This document shows positions 1-11,431 of a stretch of 64,000 nt of DNA, piece by piece. This stretch comes from Schmidtea nova (lineage: Eukaryota). The stretch spans positions 22,134,001 through 22,198,000 of the forward strand of contig CM097883.1 in the NCBI GenBank assembly GCA_044892505.1. The letters are read 5' to 3'. Under the pieces are notes generated by a model. It made no database searches, was not told the DNA's origin, and saw only the letters and a program-made list of their open reading frames with translations. Position 1 is the stretch's first letter; every line of letters starts with the position of its first letter. The position numbers and the translations under genes were made by a program.

Positions 1-99
1 ACTTAAGTAAGTAAGTTTAATTTTTTATGAATATTTATTAATTTTTCTTTTCAGATTTTTGAAATAATGCCAATGAAATTTATATCAAATAATATTATG

Positions 100-225
100 A
101 CAAAGAAACCAAGCAATATTATGAAAAAGGAAATTATACCAAGCAATATTATGACAATGACAAAGAAACCAAGCAATATTATGACAATGACAAAGAAAAT
201 TATACCAAGAAATATTATGACAACG
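100..225. repeat. 27-33 bp imperfect tandem repeat (CCAAGCAATATTATGACAATGACAAAGAAA)
   Basis: About 4 units read directly; explains the low-complexity ORFs 51..272 and 67..276. Confidence 0.8.
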
Positions 226-310
226 AAACTTAAATGTAAGTATTTATATATTGATGAAACTATTATTATCAATTAGATTTTTTATATAATTAATAGATTT
301 TTATAAGATT

Positions 311-510
311 TTAATTAATTTTTATAATAAATATATTTTTACATTATATGATTTTAATTAATTTTTATAATAAATATATTTTTACATTATATGATTTTAA
401 TTAATTTTTATAATAAATATATTTTTACATTTTATGAACTTAATTAATTTTTATAATAAATATATTTTTACATTTTATGAATTTAATTAATTTTTATAAT
501 AAATATATTT
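311..510. repeat. 43-bp AT-rich tandem repeat, about 5 units
   Basis: TTAATTAATTTTTATAATAAATATATTTTTACATT recurs at 311, 354, 397 and onward. Confidence 0.9.
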
Positions 511-594
511 TATAAATTTATATATTTTAAAATATATTTAATGTAAAAATCAATTATTAAAAATAAATAAAGAACAAATAAATTAAACAAGAGT

Positions 595-1123
595 TTATTC
601 ATTAAAATCAGTAATTTTCCATATAGGCTTTATCACGTTTTCTGTTTGTTTAAATCCTTGTAAGATAATTTGAATTTGATACATTGAATTATCATCTAAT
701 TTGCCTAAATCTGTTTCTTTTTTACAGTTCATATATGTGAATTCCTCGTTGAATTGAATATCTTTATTTATTAGCATTAAAATTTCAGATAGATTCTTTC
801 TATCAGTTTCCCCGATTTTTCCAACCTGAATATTGAATTGACATTGTTTCAATGTAACAGGTTCCTGTAAATAATATTAATTAGATTTTAATAATTTTTA
901 ATTAATTACTTTAAATGAATATTTGATTGGATATTTCAAATACTCCATCGAGTATTGCATGAATTGAACTGGTGAATTCAATGCCAAATTAGATGAATAA
1001 ATAGGATTTTCCTCAAGTATAATCTTCATTATTTCTTGTTTTGTCATTCTTTTCGATTCTAGAAAAAATAAATTAAAAAATAATCATTTAAAATTAATTA
1101 ATCTTACTTTTCAGTTGATACAT
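595..1123 (-). CDS. Three-exon Polinton accessory gene, 144 aa (exons 1123-1108, 1058-910, 864-595), function unknown
   Basis: GT-AG introns of 49 and 45 nt join in consistent phases into MYQLKKSKRMTKQEIMKIILEENP...KPIWKITDFNE*. It is divergent from pPolB and has a homolog at 43150-43433. Confidence 0.7.
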
Positions 1124-1434
1124 TTTTTAATGATTATTTTAATTTTATAAGTCGTTTATATAGTAATTTTTAAATTATTTTGACCAATCATAATCAATAA
1201 ATATATATTACGATATTTTGAATTGAATGTGTGTATACACACTTGATATACATCATTGTTATTTTATCATAATTTTTATCATAATTTTTTTATCATAATT
1301 TTTATCATTATTTTTATCATTATTTTTATCATTATTTTGATCATTATTTTTTTATATTATTTTTAAAATTTATAGGCAATTTATATCAAAAATATTGCAA
1401 CTCCACAATTCATGATGTAAAATGCCATGAATTA

Positions 1435-4400
1435 ATGGAAAGATATTATGCATACCCTCATAACTGTAAAACCTACTACATTTGTCCTTTTTGCAAATCT
1501 ACATCGTCCTCTTCATATATTGACTTTTACAATACTCATTGCGATCATTTAGATCAATTTAAAACATCTAAAAAATCAATTTTTAAATTACCGATTAAAA
1601 GAAAATGTAATGTAAATAGTCCAATCCCAGTCAAAATTAACAAGTCAGTTCTTTCTGATGATATTTCTTCAGTTGTTCCTCCAATTGTTCTTTCTGATGA
1701 TATTTCTTCGATTGTTCCTTCAGATATAGTTGTAATTTCTGATGATGATGATGGTAATGATACCATTCCTGTTGATAACATTCTTGGTAATGATACCATT
1801 CGTGATGATAGCATTCTTGATACCATTCTTGATAATGATATCATTCCTGATAACATTCTTGATTTAAATAATCTTTCTGATTTTGTGGTTGTAGACTCTT
1901 TTGATCCTATCGATAATATTCAAATTGGTGGTTCTTTTGATAAAATTTCTGACGATAAATACTCTTTAGTTCCTGAAGTACAGGTTGGTGGTTCCATTTT
2001 ACCTGTTGTTAAATTTGATTTAAATAAATCACATGCTATAGTGAAAATGATTGTAACTAACTTGAATTTAAAAAGCATGTTTGTACCTGATAATTTAATT
2101 AATAAATTAAATAATGTAATTGAAACCATGGGAACGGTTAAAATTCAATTTTGCATCGAAGTTGAGTTTGAAAAAGATGGTGCTTTTCAAACTATAGTTA
2201 TTTCTAACTCTGCAAAACCTGTCACAGATACCTTTATAGACGATGGCATTAATATTCTTAATGAAAAAATTACATTAATTAATAATAGAGGCAGTAACTG
2301 GATAATTAATAAAATTAATGAAATTCATTTCATCTTAACCAAATTTTCTGAGATTAGTAGGTTGATAGGTTACGGTGGTATTGACACTCCTGAATCTTTA
2401 AAGTCAAAACATTGTGTTGTAAATGTTCAGAATTCTGATGACTTGTGCTTTATCTATTCTGTTTTAGTAATTATTAAATATGATGAGATATCTGGCCGTA
2501 AAAATAAACATAGGATCAGTAATTACAATCTTTCTGATGTTAACTTTAGTCCTTCTGATTTGCCTATGCGTCTTTGCAATATCTCAAAGTTTGAAGCTAA
2601 AAACCCGGGATATGCGATTAATGTACTTTCATATGATGAATCTGGAATTCTAGACACTAAGCCTGAAGTTTTCAAACATCCGTGTATTGACATAATTCAT
2701 AGGTCGAAAGTAGTAGACGGAATTCCTATTAACTTGATTCTTTTACAAAATGGCGACTCTTTTCATTATATAGCAGTAACCAATCTTGATAGGCTTTTAA
2801 ATCTTGACAATAAATCGATATCTGGTACTCGTATTCAAAGTATATGGTGCCATCGTTGCTTGAATGGGTTTAGATATCAAGATTCATTTGAACGTCATCA
2901 AGAGTTGTGTTCTAAAAATCAATTGGGCACAACTCTATATACTTTGCCTAAAAATCCTTATTTGACATTTAGTAATTGGGGCAAAACAATTACTCCACCT
3001 TTTGTAGTTTACGCCGATTTTGAGGCAATCTTACCTGCTGATGATAAGTACTTTCAAAGACATGTCCCAATATCTGCCGGTCTTTTACTTGTAAATAACT
3101 TTACTGGAGAAAAGATTTACAGGAGTTTCTTGGGTCTTGATTGCGTTACTAATTTTCTTGCTGAAATTAATAATATAGGTGAAGAAATTGTTTTTCCTTT
3201 TTATAAAAACAATTTCAAAAAACCACTTATTATGACATTTGAAAATAAAATATCTTTTGCATCATCTACAAATTGTTATCTCTGTAAAAATCGTTTAGTT
3301 AATCCGGTTAGAGACCATGATCACTACACTGGTGAATATTTGGGAGCTGCTTGCTTAAAATGCAATCTTACTAGACAGATTCGTAAGGAACTACCGGTTG
3401 TGTTTCATAATTTAAAATGGTATGACATGCACCATATTCTTAAATATGGATTGGCAAACTTTTCAAATTGGAAAATCTCATGTATTCCAACTACGAGTGA
3501 AAAATTCTTAACTTTATCTGCAAGAGTCGGTGATTTAACAATTAAATTCATCGATTCTTGTCAATTTATTAACTCCAGTTTAAATGATGCGGTTAAAACA
3601 TTGACTTCATTACCTTTGACTAGATCTGAATTCACCGGGACTATTGTTGACTGTAAGGGTATTTTTCCTTATGATTTTGCAACATCGTTAGAAATTCTTA
3701 ACAACACTTATGAGTTGCCACCAATCTGGGAGGGTGTTAAGCAGGCTGAATACGACAAGGCATTAGTTATTTGGAGGGAAACTAATTGTCACACTCTTTG
3801 TGACTATATGATGATATACTTAAAACTTGACGTCTTTCTTCTTGCTGACTTTTTCCAACAGTTTAGAGCCAAGTCAATTTCTCATAATAGGTTAGAACCG
3901 TTGAATTTCTTGGGGATTCCAGGTATGTCGTGGGCTTCTGCGCTTCTTACCTTGGAAGAACCTATTGAATTGCTCCAGGATATGGAGATGTATAATTTTT
4001 TCGAAGGGGGGATCCGTGGTGGTTTGACATTTGTCAACAAGCATCATGTAGTATCCTCCGAAACGACTGAACTACTTTACATCGACATTAATAATTTGTA
4101 CGGTTGGGCCTTAAGCCAAAAATTACCTTGTGGTAAATTTAAATGGATTAATGATGAGAAAAAATTAAATAAATTAATTAATTTGATGGATGCTGACTTG
4201 GAACTTTTAACAATCGGTGTAACATTTGAAGTTGACTTGGTAATCCCAGTTGAAATTCACGATAAATTAAATGATTTTCCGGTTGCAGCAGAGAAAATGT
4301 GTGCTCCCAATTCTAAAGTTGAGAAGTTAATGTTAACACATTATCCAAAGTTCAACTATGTTGTTCATTGGAGGCTTTTAAAATTATTTGTTTCTTTGGG

Positions 4401-5358
4401 TGTTAAAATAACACGAGTTCAGTACAAACAGAAACCCATCTTTAAAAAATATATAGATACGAACACTGAACTTAGGGCAGCTTCATCGTTTGTTTTAGAT
4501 AAAAACTATTACAAACTTTTAAATAATAGTCTTTATGGAAAAACAGTCGAAAATCTTAAGAAAAGACTCAATTTACGACTATGTAATTCAGCATCAAAAC
4601 TGATTACATATACATCAAAACCTACCTTTAGAAAAACCTATAGGATTGATGATGACCTAATTTCTGTCTTGCTTAATAAGGACTCTGTGTGTTTAGATAG
4701 ACCCAGCTACATTGGCCAAAGTGTACTGGATTTATCTAAACTTAGAATGTATCAACTCCAGTATGAAGAATTGCAAAAATATCGCAATGAATTCAACTGT
4801 GAGATTAATATAGTTGCAGGCGATACTGACTCTTTCTTCTTGGAGATTAAGAATTGTAGGTTAGATGTTCTGTTACCTGCGATGGTTAGAGATTGTCTTT
4901 TGGATACATCGAATTACGACCCTAGTCATTCTTTATATTCGAAAAAACTTGATTCTGTTATAGGAAAGTTTAAAGACGAAAATAAGGGTCATAAATATAA
5001 GGAATGGGTTTTTCTTAGACCTAAATGTTATAGTCTTTTAGGTGATAAGGAATGTTTAAAGGCTAAAGGCGTCTGTTTGAAAGATACTAATCTGAAGCAT
5101 CGGTCTTATCTTGATTGTTATAGAAATAATACTATAGTTTCAGTAGAGCAGTCTCGATTTGTGAGTAAAAATCATCAAATTTTTACTAATAAGTTTTCAA
5201 AAATTGCACTTACTAACCTCGATGATAAGAGACTTTGGGTTGAGAAAAATAAAAGTATAGCTTATGGACATTGTAGGGAAAGTTTTACAGTTATGGGGGA
5301 TTCAATTACCGAAGATGAAGATATTCAAGAAGATGACGAAGATGATTTATTTCAATAA
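1435..5358 (+). CDS. polB: Protein-primed family B DNA polymerase of Polinton type, with N-terminal Zn-finger motifs and an endonuclease VII-like insert
   Basis: Exo motifs YADFE, HNLKWYD, YLKLDV. Pol motifs IDINNLY, KLLNNSLYGK, GDTDS, GKFKDE, RPKCYS, KAKGV, DDKR. EndoVII-like CYLC...RDHDHYTGEYLGAACLKCN. 1307 aa uninterrupted. Confidence 0.95.
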   Translation: MERYYAYPHNCKTYYICPFCKSTSSSSYIDFYNTHCDHLDQFKTSKKSIFKLPIKRKCNVNSPIPVKINKSVLSDDISSVVPPIVLSDDISSIVPSDIVVISDDDDGNDTIPVDNILGNDTIRDDSILDTILDNDIIPDNILDLNNLSDFVVVDSFDPIDNIQIGGSFDKISDDKYSLVPEVQVGGSILPVVKFDLNKSHAIVKMIVTNLNLKSMFVPDNLINKLNNVIETMGTVKIQFCIEVEFEKDGAFQTIVISNSAKPVTDTFIDDGINILNEKITLINNRGSNWIINKINEIHFILTKFSEISRLIGYGGIDTPESLKSKHCVVNVQNSDDLCFIYSVLVIIKYDEISGRKNKHRISNYNLSDVNFSPSDLPMRLCNISKFEAKNPGYAINVLSYDESGILDTKPEVFKHPCIDIIHRSKVVDGIPINLILLQNGDSFHYIAVTNLDRLLNLDNKSISGTRIQSIWCHRCLNGFRYQDSFERHQELCSKNQLGTTLYTLPKNPYLTFSNWGKTITPPFVVYADFEAILPADDKYFQRHVPISAGLLLVNNFTGEKIYRSFLGLDCVTNFLAEINNIGEEIVFPFYKNNFKKPLIMTFENKISFASSTNCYLCKNRLVNPVRDHDHYTGEYLGAACLKCNLTRQIRKELPVVFHNLKWYDMHHILKYGLANFSNWKISCIPTTSEKFLTLSARVGDLTIKFIDSCQFINSSLNDAVKTLTSLPLTRSEFTGTIVDCKGIFPYDFATSLEILNNTYELPPIWEGVKQAEYDKALVIWRETNCHTLCDYMMIYLKLDVFLLADFFQQFRAKSISHNRLEPLNFLGIPGMSWASALLTLEEPIELLQDMEMYNFFEGGIRGGLTFVNKHHVVSSETTELLYIDINNLYGWALSQKLPCGKFKWINDEKKLNKLINLMDADLELLTIGVTFEVDLVIPVEIHDKLNDFPVAAEKMCAPNSKVEKLMLTHYPKFNYVVHWRLLKLFVSLGVKITRVQYKQKPIFKKYIDTNTELRAASSFVLDKNYYKLLNNSLYGKTVENLKKRLNLRLCNSASKLITYTSKPTFRKTYRIDDDLISVLLNKDSVCLDRPSYIGQSVLDLSKLRMYQLQYEELQKYRNEFNCEINIVAGDTDSFFLEIKNCRLDVLLPAMVRDCLLDTSNYDPSHSLYSKKLDSVIGKFKDENKGHKYKEWVFLRPKCYSLLGDKECLKAKGVCLKDTNLKHRSYLDCYRNNTIVSVEQSRFVSKNHQIFTNKFSKIALTNLDDKRLWVEKNKSIAYGHCRESFTVMGDSITEDEDIQEDDEDDLFQ

Positions 5359-5966
5359 ATATTTGTATTTTATTTCTTTTAGTTTTTATTATTTTTCTAC
5401 TTTATTTAGACTGTGATGAAATATTATTNNNNNNNNNNNNNNNNNNNNNNNNNNNNNNNNNNNNNNNNNNNNNNNNNNNNNNNNNNNNNNNNNNNNNNNN
5501 NNNNNNNNNNNNNNNNNNNNNNNNNNNNNNNNNNNNNNNNNNNNNNNNNNNNNNNNNNNNNNNNNNNNNNNNNNNNNNNNNNNTATTATTATTTTAAAAA
5601 TTTTTCTAAGTTTTTATTATTATTTTAAAAATTTTTCTAAGTATTTATTATTATTATTATTCAAACTGAACCAAAAATAAATTTAAATAAATTATTAAAA
5701 ATAAATTAAAAATAAATATTAATTAAAATAAATAAATATAAATTATTAAAAATAAATAAAAATATTAATTAAAATAAATATAAATTAAAATAAATATAAA
5801 TTATTAAAATAAATTATTAAAAATAAATATNNNNNNNNNNNNNNNNNNNNNNNNNNNNNNNNNNNNNNNNNNNNNNNNNNNNNNNNNNNNNNNNNNNNNN
5901 NNNNNNNNNNNNNNNNNNNNNNNNNNNNNNNNNNNNNNNNNNNNNNNNNNNNNNNNNNNNNNNNNN

Positions 5967-6194
5967 AAAATAATAAATTAAATTGACTTCATTTAAACAA
6001 AAAATTAAAATTAAAAAATTCACTTCATTTAAACAAAATTAAAAATTAAAAATTCACTTAATTTAAACAAAATAAAAAATTTTAAAAATTCACTTCATTT
6101 AAACAAAAAAAAATTTTTTTTTTTGGGGGGGGGTTAAAAAAAAATTTTTAGGGGGGGGTCTGTTCCTGTTCTTGGGCGCTCCCCCTACTCTACT
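5967..6194. repeat. Terminal region (putative right TIR) of the Polinton, with short tandem units and G-tracts
   Basis: Repeated AAAATTCACTTCATTTAAACAA units, G8-G9 tracts and the terminal CTACTCTACT. Confidence 0.55.
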
Positions 6195-6599
6195 GATGAT
6201 TCTTAAGATTTGTTGTTCCTCCCGATGACGAGATCCACTCATTACATGTCTAATTTACATGTTTAATTTACATGTCTATTTACCATCATTTTTGAACTTT
6301 TATTGAAGTTTTTCCAAACATCACTAGTAGTCATTATGACTGAAAAAAATTACCATTTATAAAGAAAATTTTAGATAAGAACTAGACAATTTAGGAAAAT
6401 AATTCAATAATTTTGATTTGAATTTTCAATATATAGAAATTTTTAATTAAAATAATATTAAAAAAAATTTTAAAAATCTGTTTCACTATATAAAATGATT
6501 CATCGGAATTTTTCAGGTGCAACTTTTTTAAACTAAATAAACCGGTTTTCTAAAGGTTTCTGGTGTACCTCGCAAAACCCTAATTTTTATTAATGCTAG

Positions 6600-7450
6600 A
6601 CACAGGAAAAATAGTCGACACAATCTAAATTATTGATGACTACAAAATAGGAGGGAAAAATATAGAATAAATGTACATGTGGACGGCAATCAAGATCAAA
6701 CAATGGATCGAATGACAATTAATTTTTGACAATATAATTATAACAATTTATTAATTTACAGTTTGTGATCTTGCGAACATTTATTGATACTTTTTTATTT
6801 TATGGTGATGGACACAATTAATGATAAAATTTTATATAATTTTGAAAGAATATTTGGTTTTGAAAATATTTTATGTAAATTAATTTTGTAAACTTTGGAA
6901 AATAGTTTATATTTTGATTTATATTTTATTTCAATAAAATAAATGATAATAATAAAATAAATAAATAATACTGATTGTTTAAATAAATTAAAATAAATAA
7001 ATTACTGTTTGTTTAAATTAATTATATTTATTACCTAAAAGATTCAGCAAAATGAAATAATTCCAAGGTTATAAACAATTCTGTTTTGAAAATAATTCTG
7101 TTTTGAAAACAATGTTAATCAATTCAAGTAGAAAAATAACAATCATTATTGACAGATTAAGTGTCTCAAAAATTAGTATTTAAACTAACTGATTTTTCAG
7201 TCAAATCACAGATAAAATCTTCGCTTAAGAAGAATTCCTTAGTTGAAATCTACTTTGAAAATTTAAACTCGAGCATACAATATATAGAGCTCAGAACCAC
7301 ATTCAACATTACCTATATAACATATAAACACAAAAAACAATTAAACTGGTGGATGTAATTTTATTTTATTTGGGTTATTGTTATATGTGTTTTATTGAAT
7401 AAAATTTATTTAGATAAGATCATCAAGGTGAGATTCTGGGAACCTCAACA
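6600..7450 (+). repeat. Dispersed ~0.85-kb repeat, copy 1 (copy 2 at ~28860-29717)
   Basis: Long near-identical stretches, e.g. ATAGAATAAATGTACATGTGGACGG...GATCTTGCGAACATTTATTG, occur in both copies. Confidence 0.85.
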
Positions 7451-7760
7451 TTAATTAATAATTAATTATTATTTAAGTTTAAATAATTAATTTATATTTT
7501 CTAATTAAATTATTTAGAATCCGTATTTGGATTTACTTCTTAGAAAAAATGGAAGTGGGAGTTGAGAAATGATTTTTTTTTGTAAATTTTATTTATTTTT
7601 TCAAAAATATAATTTACCATATTACGAATAAATTTGCTTTTTGAAAATCTTTTTTTCCAATCAATCAATGAGCCAGACGGACCCATATTCAGGAAATATG
7701 GCCTTTTTATAAAAAAAGTGAAAACAAGAGGAAATTTATTTTAGGTCCTATATCAGCAAA

Positions 7761-8058
7761 ATGAGGGTAATTCGTTTACATTTTAAAAAACTTGATAATT
7801 GTTATCATATTATTCTGAATTTTTTATTCTAGATCGAAAAAACTTTGCTTTTGTTTTTTGTTTTTCTCCTTCTCAAGGAAGATGTTTCCACAACATACCG
7901 CTGTTATTATTGTCTAATAATAAAATTAATTTTATAATATTTACTTTCCAGGCAAAGAAGGAGGGGTCACTGCAGAAGCAAATAAGTGTGAGAAATTATG
8001 TTGCTTCGGATGTGTTTGTCGACATCCGTCGCCTCAATGGTGTTATTGTAGATGGTGA
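7761..8058 (+). CDS. Secreted 8-Cys peptide P1, 60 aa (exons 7761-7766, 7833-7902, 7952-8058)
   Basis: Spliced product MRIEKTLLLFFVFLLLKEDVSTTYRCKEGGVTAEANKCEKLCCFGCVCRHPSPQWCYCRW*; hydrophobic signal-like N-terminus; introns homologous to those of paralogs. Confidence 0.8.
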
Positions 8059-8278
8059 TTAATGAATGCAAAAAATTAATTTAATTTTATGATTGTGATT
8101 ATTATTTTTTTGGAAATTGTGTTTTACTGAATCAATTTCGGATTCAGATTTTTATGCGGTATTGTAATTTTTAAATTTTTTGATTAATAATAAGTTTTGC
8201 AAGATAGTCTTTTTGGTTAAATTTTCATTTAAATTGACAATTTAATTTTTTCTAATTATGAGTTTTAACGGCATTAAT

Positions 8279-8510
8279 GAATTATCAGCATATCACCACC
8301 GGGAATCATCTATGATATATACAATAAATCAACTTGACGGAACTTGGAATAACTCTTACAAAGAGAACGCAATGGAAATTTATTGACATGGGAATGATAA
8401 AACTCTTGCTTTGGTTACTGATTGCAATGAGTGCAATACTGACAGAACTGTGCGATTCGTTGTGGAAATGAATCCAATAAAATATGCAGAAGCAAAATCT
8501 GCCGGATTAG
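8279..8510 (+). pseudogene. TOP2: DNA topoisomerase II fragment with internal deletion and in-frame stop
   Basis: ELSAYHHRESSMIYTINQL joined to TWNNSYKENAMEIY*HGNDKTLALVTDCNECNTDRTVRFVVEM..KYAEAKSAGL matches two separate eukaryotic Top2 segments (AYHHGE; TWTQTYKE..ITDYREYHTDTTVKFVV). Confidence 0.75.
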
Positions 8511-10309
8511 ATGACATGATATCGATTCTCTCTCCTGATGTAGAAACCATGGATAGAGCTGAGAGAAAGGTAACATCGTATGTACTTCGTGTCGTTGCCC
8601 ATTCGCTCGGTCTACAACAGATGTTGCTGTTTTAATGGCAGTTTGCAATTGCAAGAAATTCTGGAAAACTCGACACACCGGGACTCGAGTCGTTAAACAT
8701 ATCGCTCTCCCTATGAAATGCGGCATTCTCTCGTTTCTTAACATCCTGCTCAGTAACAACTGGCCTGGGTCTATAATTAGTAACAGAGCATGTTTCACTT
8801 TGGGGGGGGCACGCGCAACTTGGAAATTCAGGGTCATAAATGGTCCTTTTTGTACCCGTTTCTCATTTTTTCTATTTCCCAGTCAAACAGTGCACCGTCC
8901 AAACATCTATTTCTGGATGCTGAATTTCTATTTGATAGTTCTTGATTGTTGCTTCTTTCAAATGAGTTTTTTTTTCTGTAATGAGATTACTTCCAGATTC
9001 GTATATATTTCTTTTTCCGTCTGATTTGTTTAAGTCAGTGCTGTTAAACTGGTGGCGGCGGGTTGCATGCGGCCAATCGAATCACACTCTATAGCTCGTT
9101 AACAATTTAAAAATTTCTGAACTGGAAATTATAAGACCAATTTTTGAAGTTTTCTCTCGTTGAAAATTAAAACATTTTTTTAGTTTTTTTTCTAAAACTT
9201 TGTCAGTTTTAACTTTTTTTTCTTTAAGTTTTCGTAATTACTTGAACTAACAAAATACTAGAAAAATATTATAAATGGATTTTAGTTTAATATTTTACTG
9301 GCCAGCCAAACATCCAAAGAAATAAAATGGCAAACACATGATGAGAAGTTGGACAGCACTTGTTTAAGCTATAACTTTCATACAGAGCTCGTGCTTTATT
9401 TTGGTAGATTTAACTTATCTAATTATGTAGAATTGTTCGTATTAAGATTTTCATCCTTTGAAACTTGAGAATTAATTTGCGGGTTACTAAATGAATCCAT
9501 AAAATTTATTTAAACAAAATTAATAAAACTTAAACTAGTATTTGTTTGTTATGATATTCAAACAAATTTACCATCTTAATTTTTTTATTTTAGTTTTTCA
9601 ATTTTAACTTGTAAATTTATAATCTTTTCTAAATTTTCAATTTCACATTTTCAATATTTTGTAACCAATAACTTTAAAAAATTTTAAAATCTTCCAGCTT
9701 CCCTCATAGCTGGAATGTTCTATTTCACTTTCTTCATTGGCCAATGATAGTTTAATTTTGTTAGTTTCTTCTCTCACATCACTAAACTCATCTTGATCAG
9801 TTACCGCTTTGTTACGCACTTGCTACACATATACATCTTTAAGACTTCTCTTTTTCTCTTTAAGGTCTTTCTCTTGAAACCATTCGTTGCATACCATCTT
9901 TTACTCTTCAATGTTTAGACTTCTTCGTCATTTAATGTACTGTCTGCTTTTCGAAGGGTAATTTCGATATTTTTTTAATAATACTTGCTGTATTTGATTT
10001 TTCCTATTTTATCTACTTTCCTTTTCGTTTCTTCTTTTACCTTCTGCTTCATTTTACCTATTTCGTTTCTAACTCTTTAGTTGCCCGCAACGTAAATATA
10101 CTTTTTGATAGGTATCTCACATTATCGGGTCAGTTTTATATAAACATTAAAGCATTTCTCATTCAGATGTCGCATTTTGATAATGTTTTATAAAATTTAC
10201 TACTTATAATGTTTTCTTGCTTCAGTATCTCATGTCCATGCTCGATTTTATGCCCTGTTTATAATAAAATTTGATTTAATAATAATTATTTTTATATTCC
10301 AAAGATAAT

Positions 10310-10700
10310 TTCTGATGATAATTTCGGAGAGTTATCATGGTCAAGGGAGGATTCTGGGATACACTATTCAAGAGAAGAGGGACTCCTGTAAGAAAAAATG
10401 TATTTGGTGTAATCTTGTGTTCAAACCGCCATAATTTATATTCAGAGGTGAACCTGGAGCAAAAGAATATAATACATGAACGATTAAATCTATTTTATGT
10501 ATGAAAACCCGCAAACTATGGTTGCTGAAACGAACAAATAACAAACTTTACTCAGATACTCACATTTTACGGAAAATACATTGTTTGTTCGACAAATAAC
10601 CAAAGAAAGGGTATTCGGCATGTGCGTGTTGAGTGTGATGCTGCTCTTTGTATAGGTGAATCCTTCAAATATTACCACACCAAACTTTATTTATTAATAA
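10310..10700 (+). mobile_element. piggyBac-like transposase C-terminal remnant
   Basis: Decayed Cys-rich tail KYIVCSTNNQRKGIRHVRVECDAALCIGESFKYYHTKL resembles the piggyBac CRD (C..C...LC...CF..YHT). Confidence 0.5.
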
Positions 10701-11129
10701 AGTTCTTTAGTATCCCTTCAATTTCTTTCTTTTTCGAAAAATAAATAAATAAATAATCTTTTGTTAAATTCTTCTGTTTTTGTCTCTACCTTTTTGGTAC
10801 AAGGTAAATGCATTACCATTTTTTTCTTTCTTTCTTCCTTGAATAAATTTCATTTTATTTCTTCGCTCATTATTCTCATTAACATCATACCAAAATAATA
10901 AAATTCACCTCATTTAAACAAATTAAATTACGGATTTTATTACATAATGGTCTTTTTGTGGAAACCCTTAAATAGCCTCGCTTTTGGCTGTAGTGAATTG
11001 ATATTTTTTTAATTTTGTATAAATAATATCCACAGGAATAGGATGTATACCTTCCATAATTATTTTTTACCATCAAAAGTAAATATAAAATTACATTTTT
11101 AATTGCAAATCAAATAAAATCGTCAGCTC

Positions 11130-11431
11130 TTATTTAAATATACATTGACAAACTCTAGGTGAACGGTAATCGCAGGAACATCCGTAACAGCAATCGCTAC
11201 CACAACGTCTTTCTTCTACACGGTACCCTCCTGGCGTGCCTAATTACTAAAGATTTTAAATTTATTAAAATAATATAAAATAATAACAGCTAGATGCGAA
11301 TATTTCTTCAATTAAAAACAGAAAAACTAAAATCCTAAGCAAATATTTTCTGATCTAGAATTTTAAAAAATCAAAATTATTTAAAATAAATTTTAATGTT
11401 TTTAAAAAATTTATTGAAAATTTACCCTCAT
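11130..11431 (-). CDS. Secreted 8-Cys peptide P2, 60 aa (exons 11431-11426, 11354-11288, 11239-11130)
   Basis: MRIRKYLLRILVFLFLIEEIFASSCTPGGYRVEERRCGSDCCYGCSCDYRSPRVCQCIFK*; same exon structure and phases as paralogs. Confidence 0.85.

Larger units (their letters stand above)
1..6194 (+). mobile_element. Polinton/Maverick (adintovirus-like) element, right arm; left part lies outside the window
   Basis: Contains an intact protein-primed PolB. The arm ends ...CCCCCTACTCTACT at 6194, whose reverse complement AGTAGAGTAG is a typical Polinton 5'-AG terminus. It is followed by GATGAT, a candidate 6-bp TSD; the left copy is not visible. Confidence 0.8.

Noticed and set aside
51-276. Hydrophobic 73-aa and basic 69-aa ORFs
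   Set aside because: Both are by-products of a tandem repeat whose units are multiples of three; no independent coding evidence.
311-510. CRISPR-like regular repeats (also 59200-59810 and the LTR minisatellite)
   Set aside because: Head-to-tail tandem units without unique spacers, no cas genes, and a eukaryotic context.
1554-2129. Antisense ORFs inside pPolB; likewise 27321, 27504, 28052, 36437, 37602, 49816-51014 and 61227
   Set aside because: Shadow frames of real coding sequence with no recognisable motifs.
9700-10080. Lys/Glu-rich minus-strand stretch resembling a coiled-coil gene; similar case at 16560-16850
   Set aside because: Multiple stops in every frame; purine bias alone can explain it.
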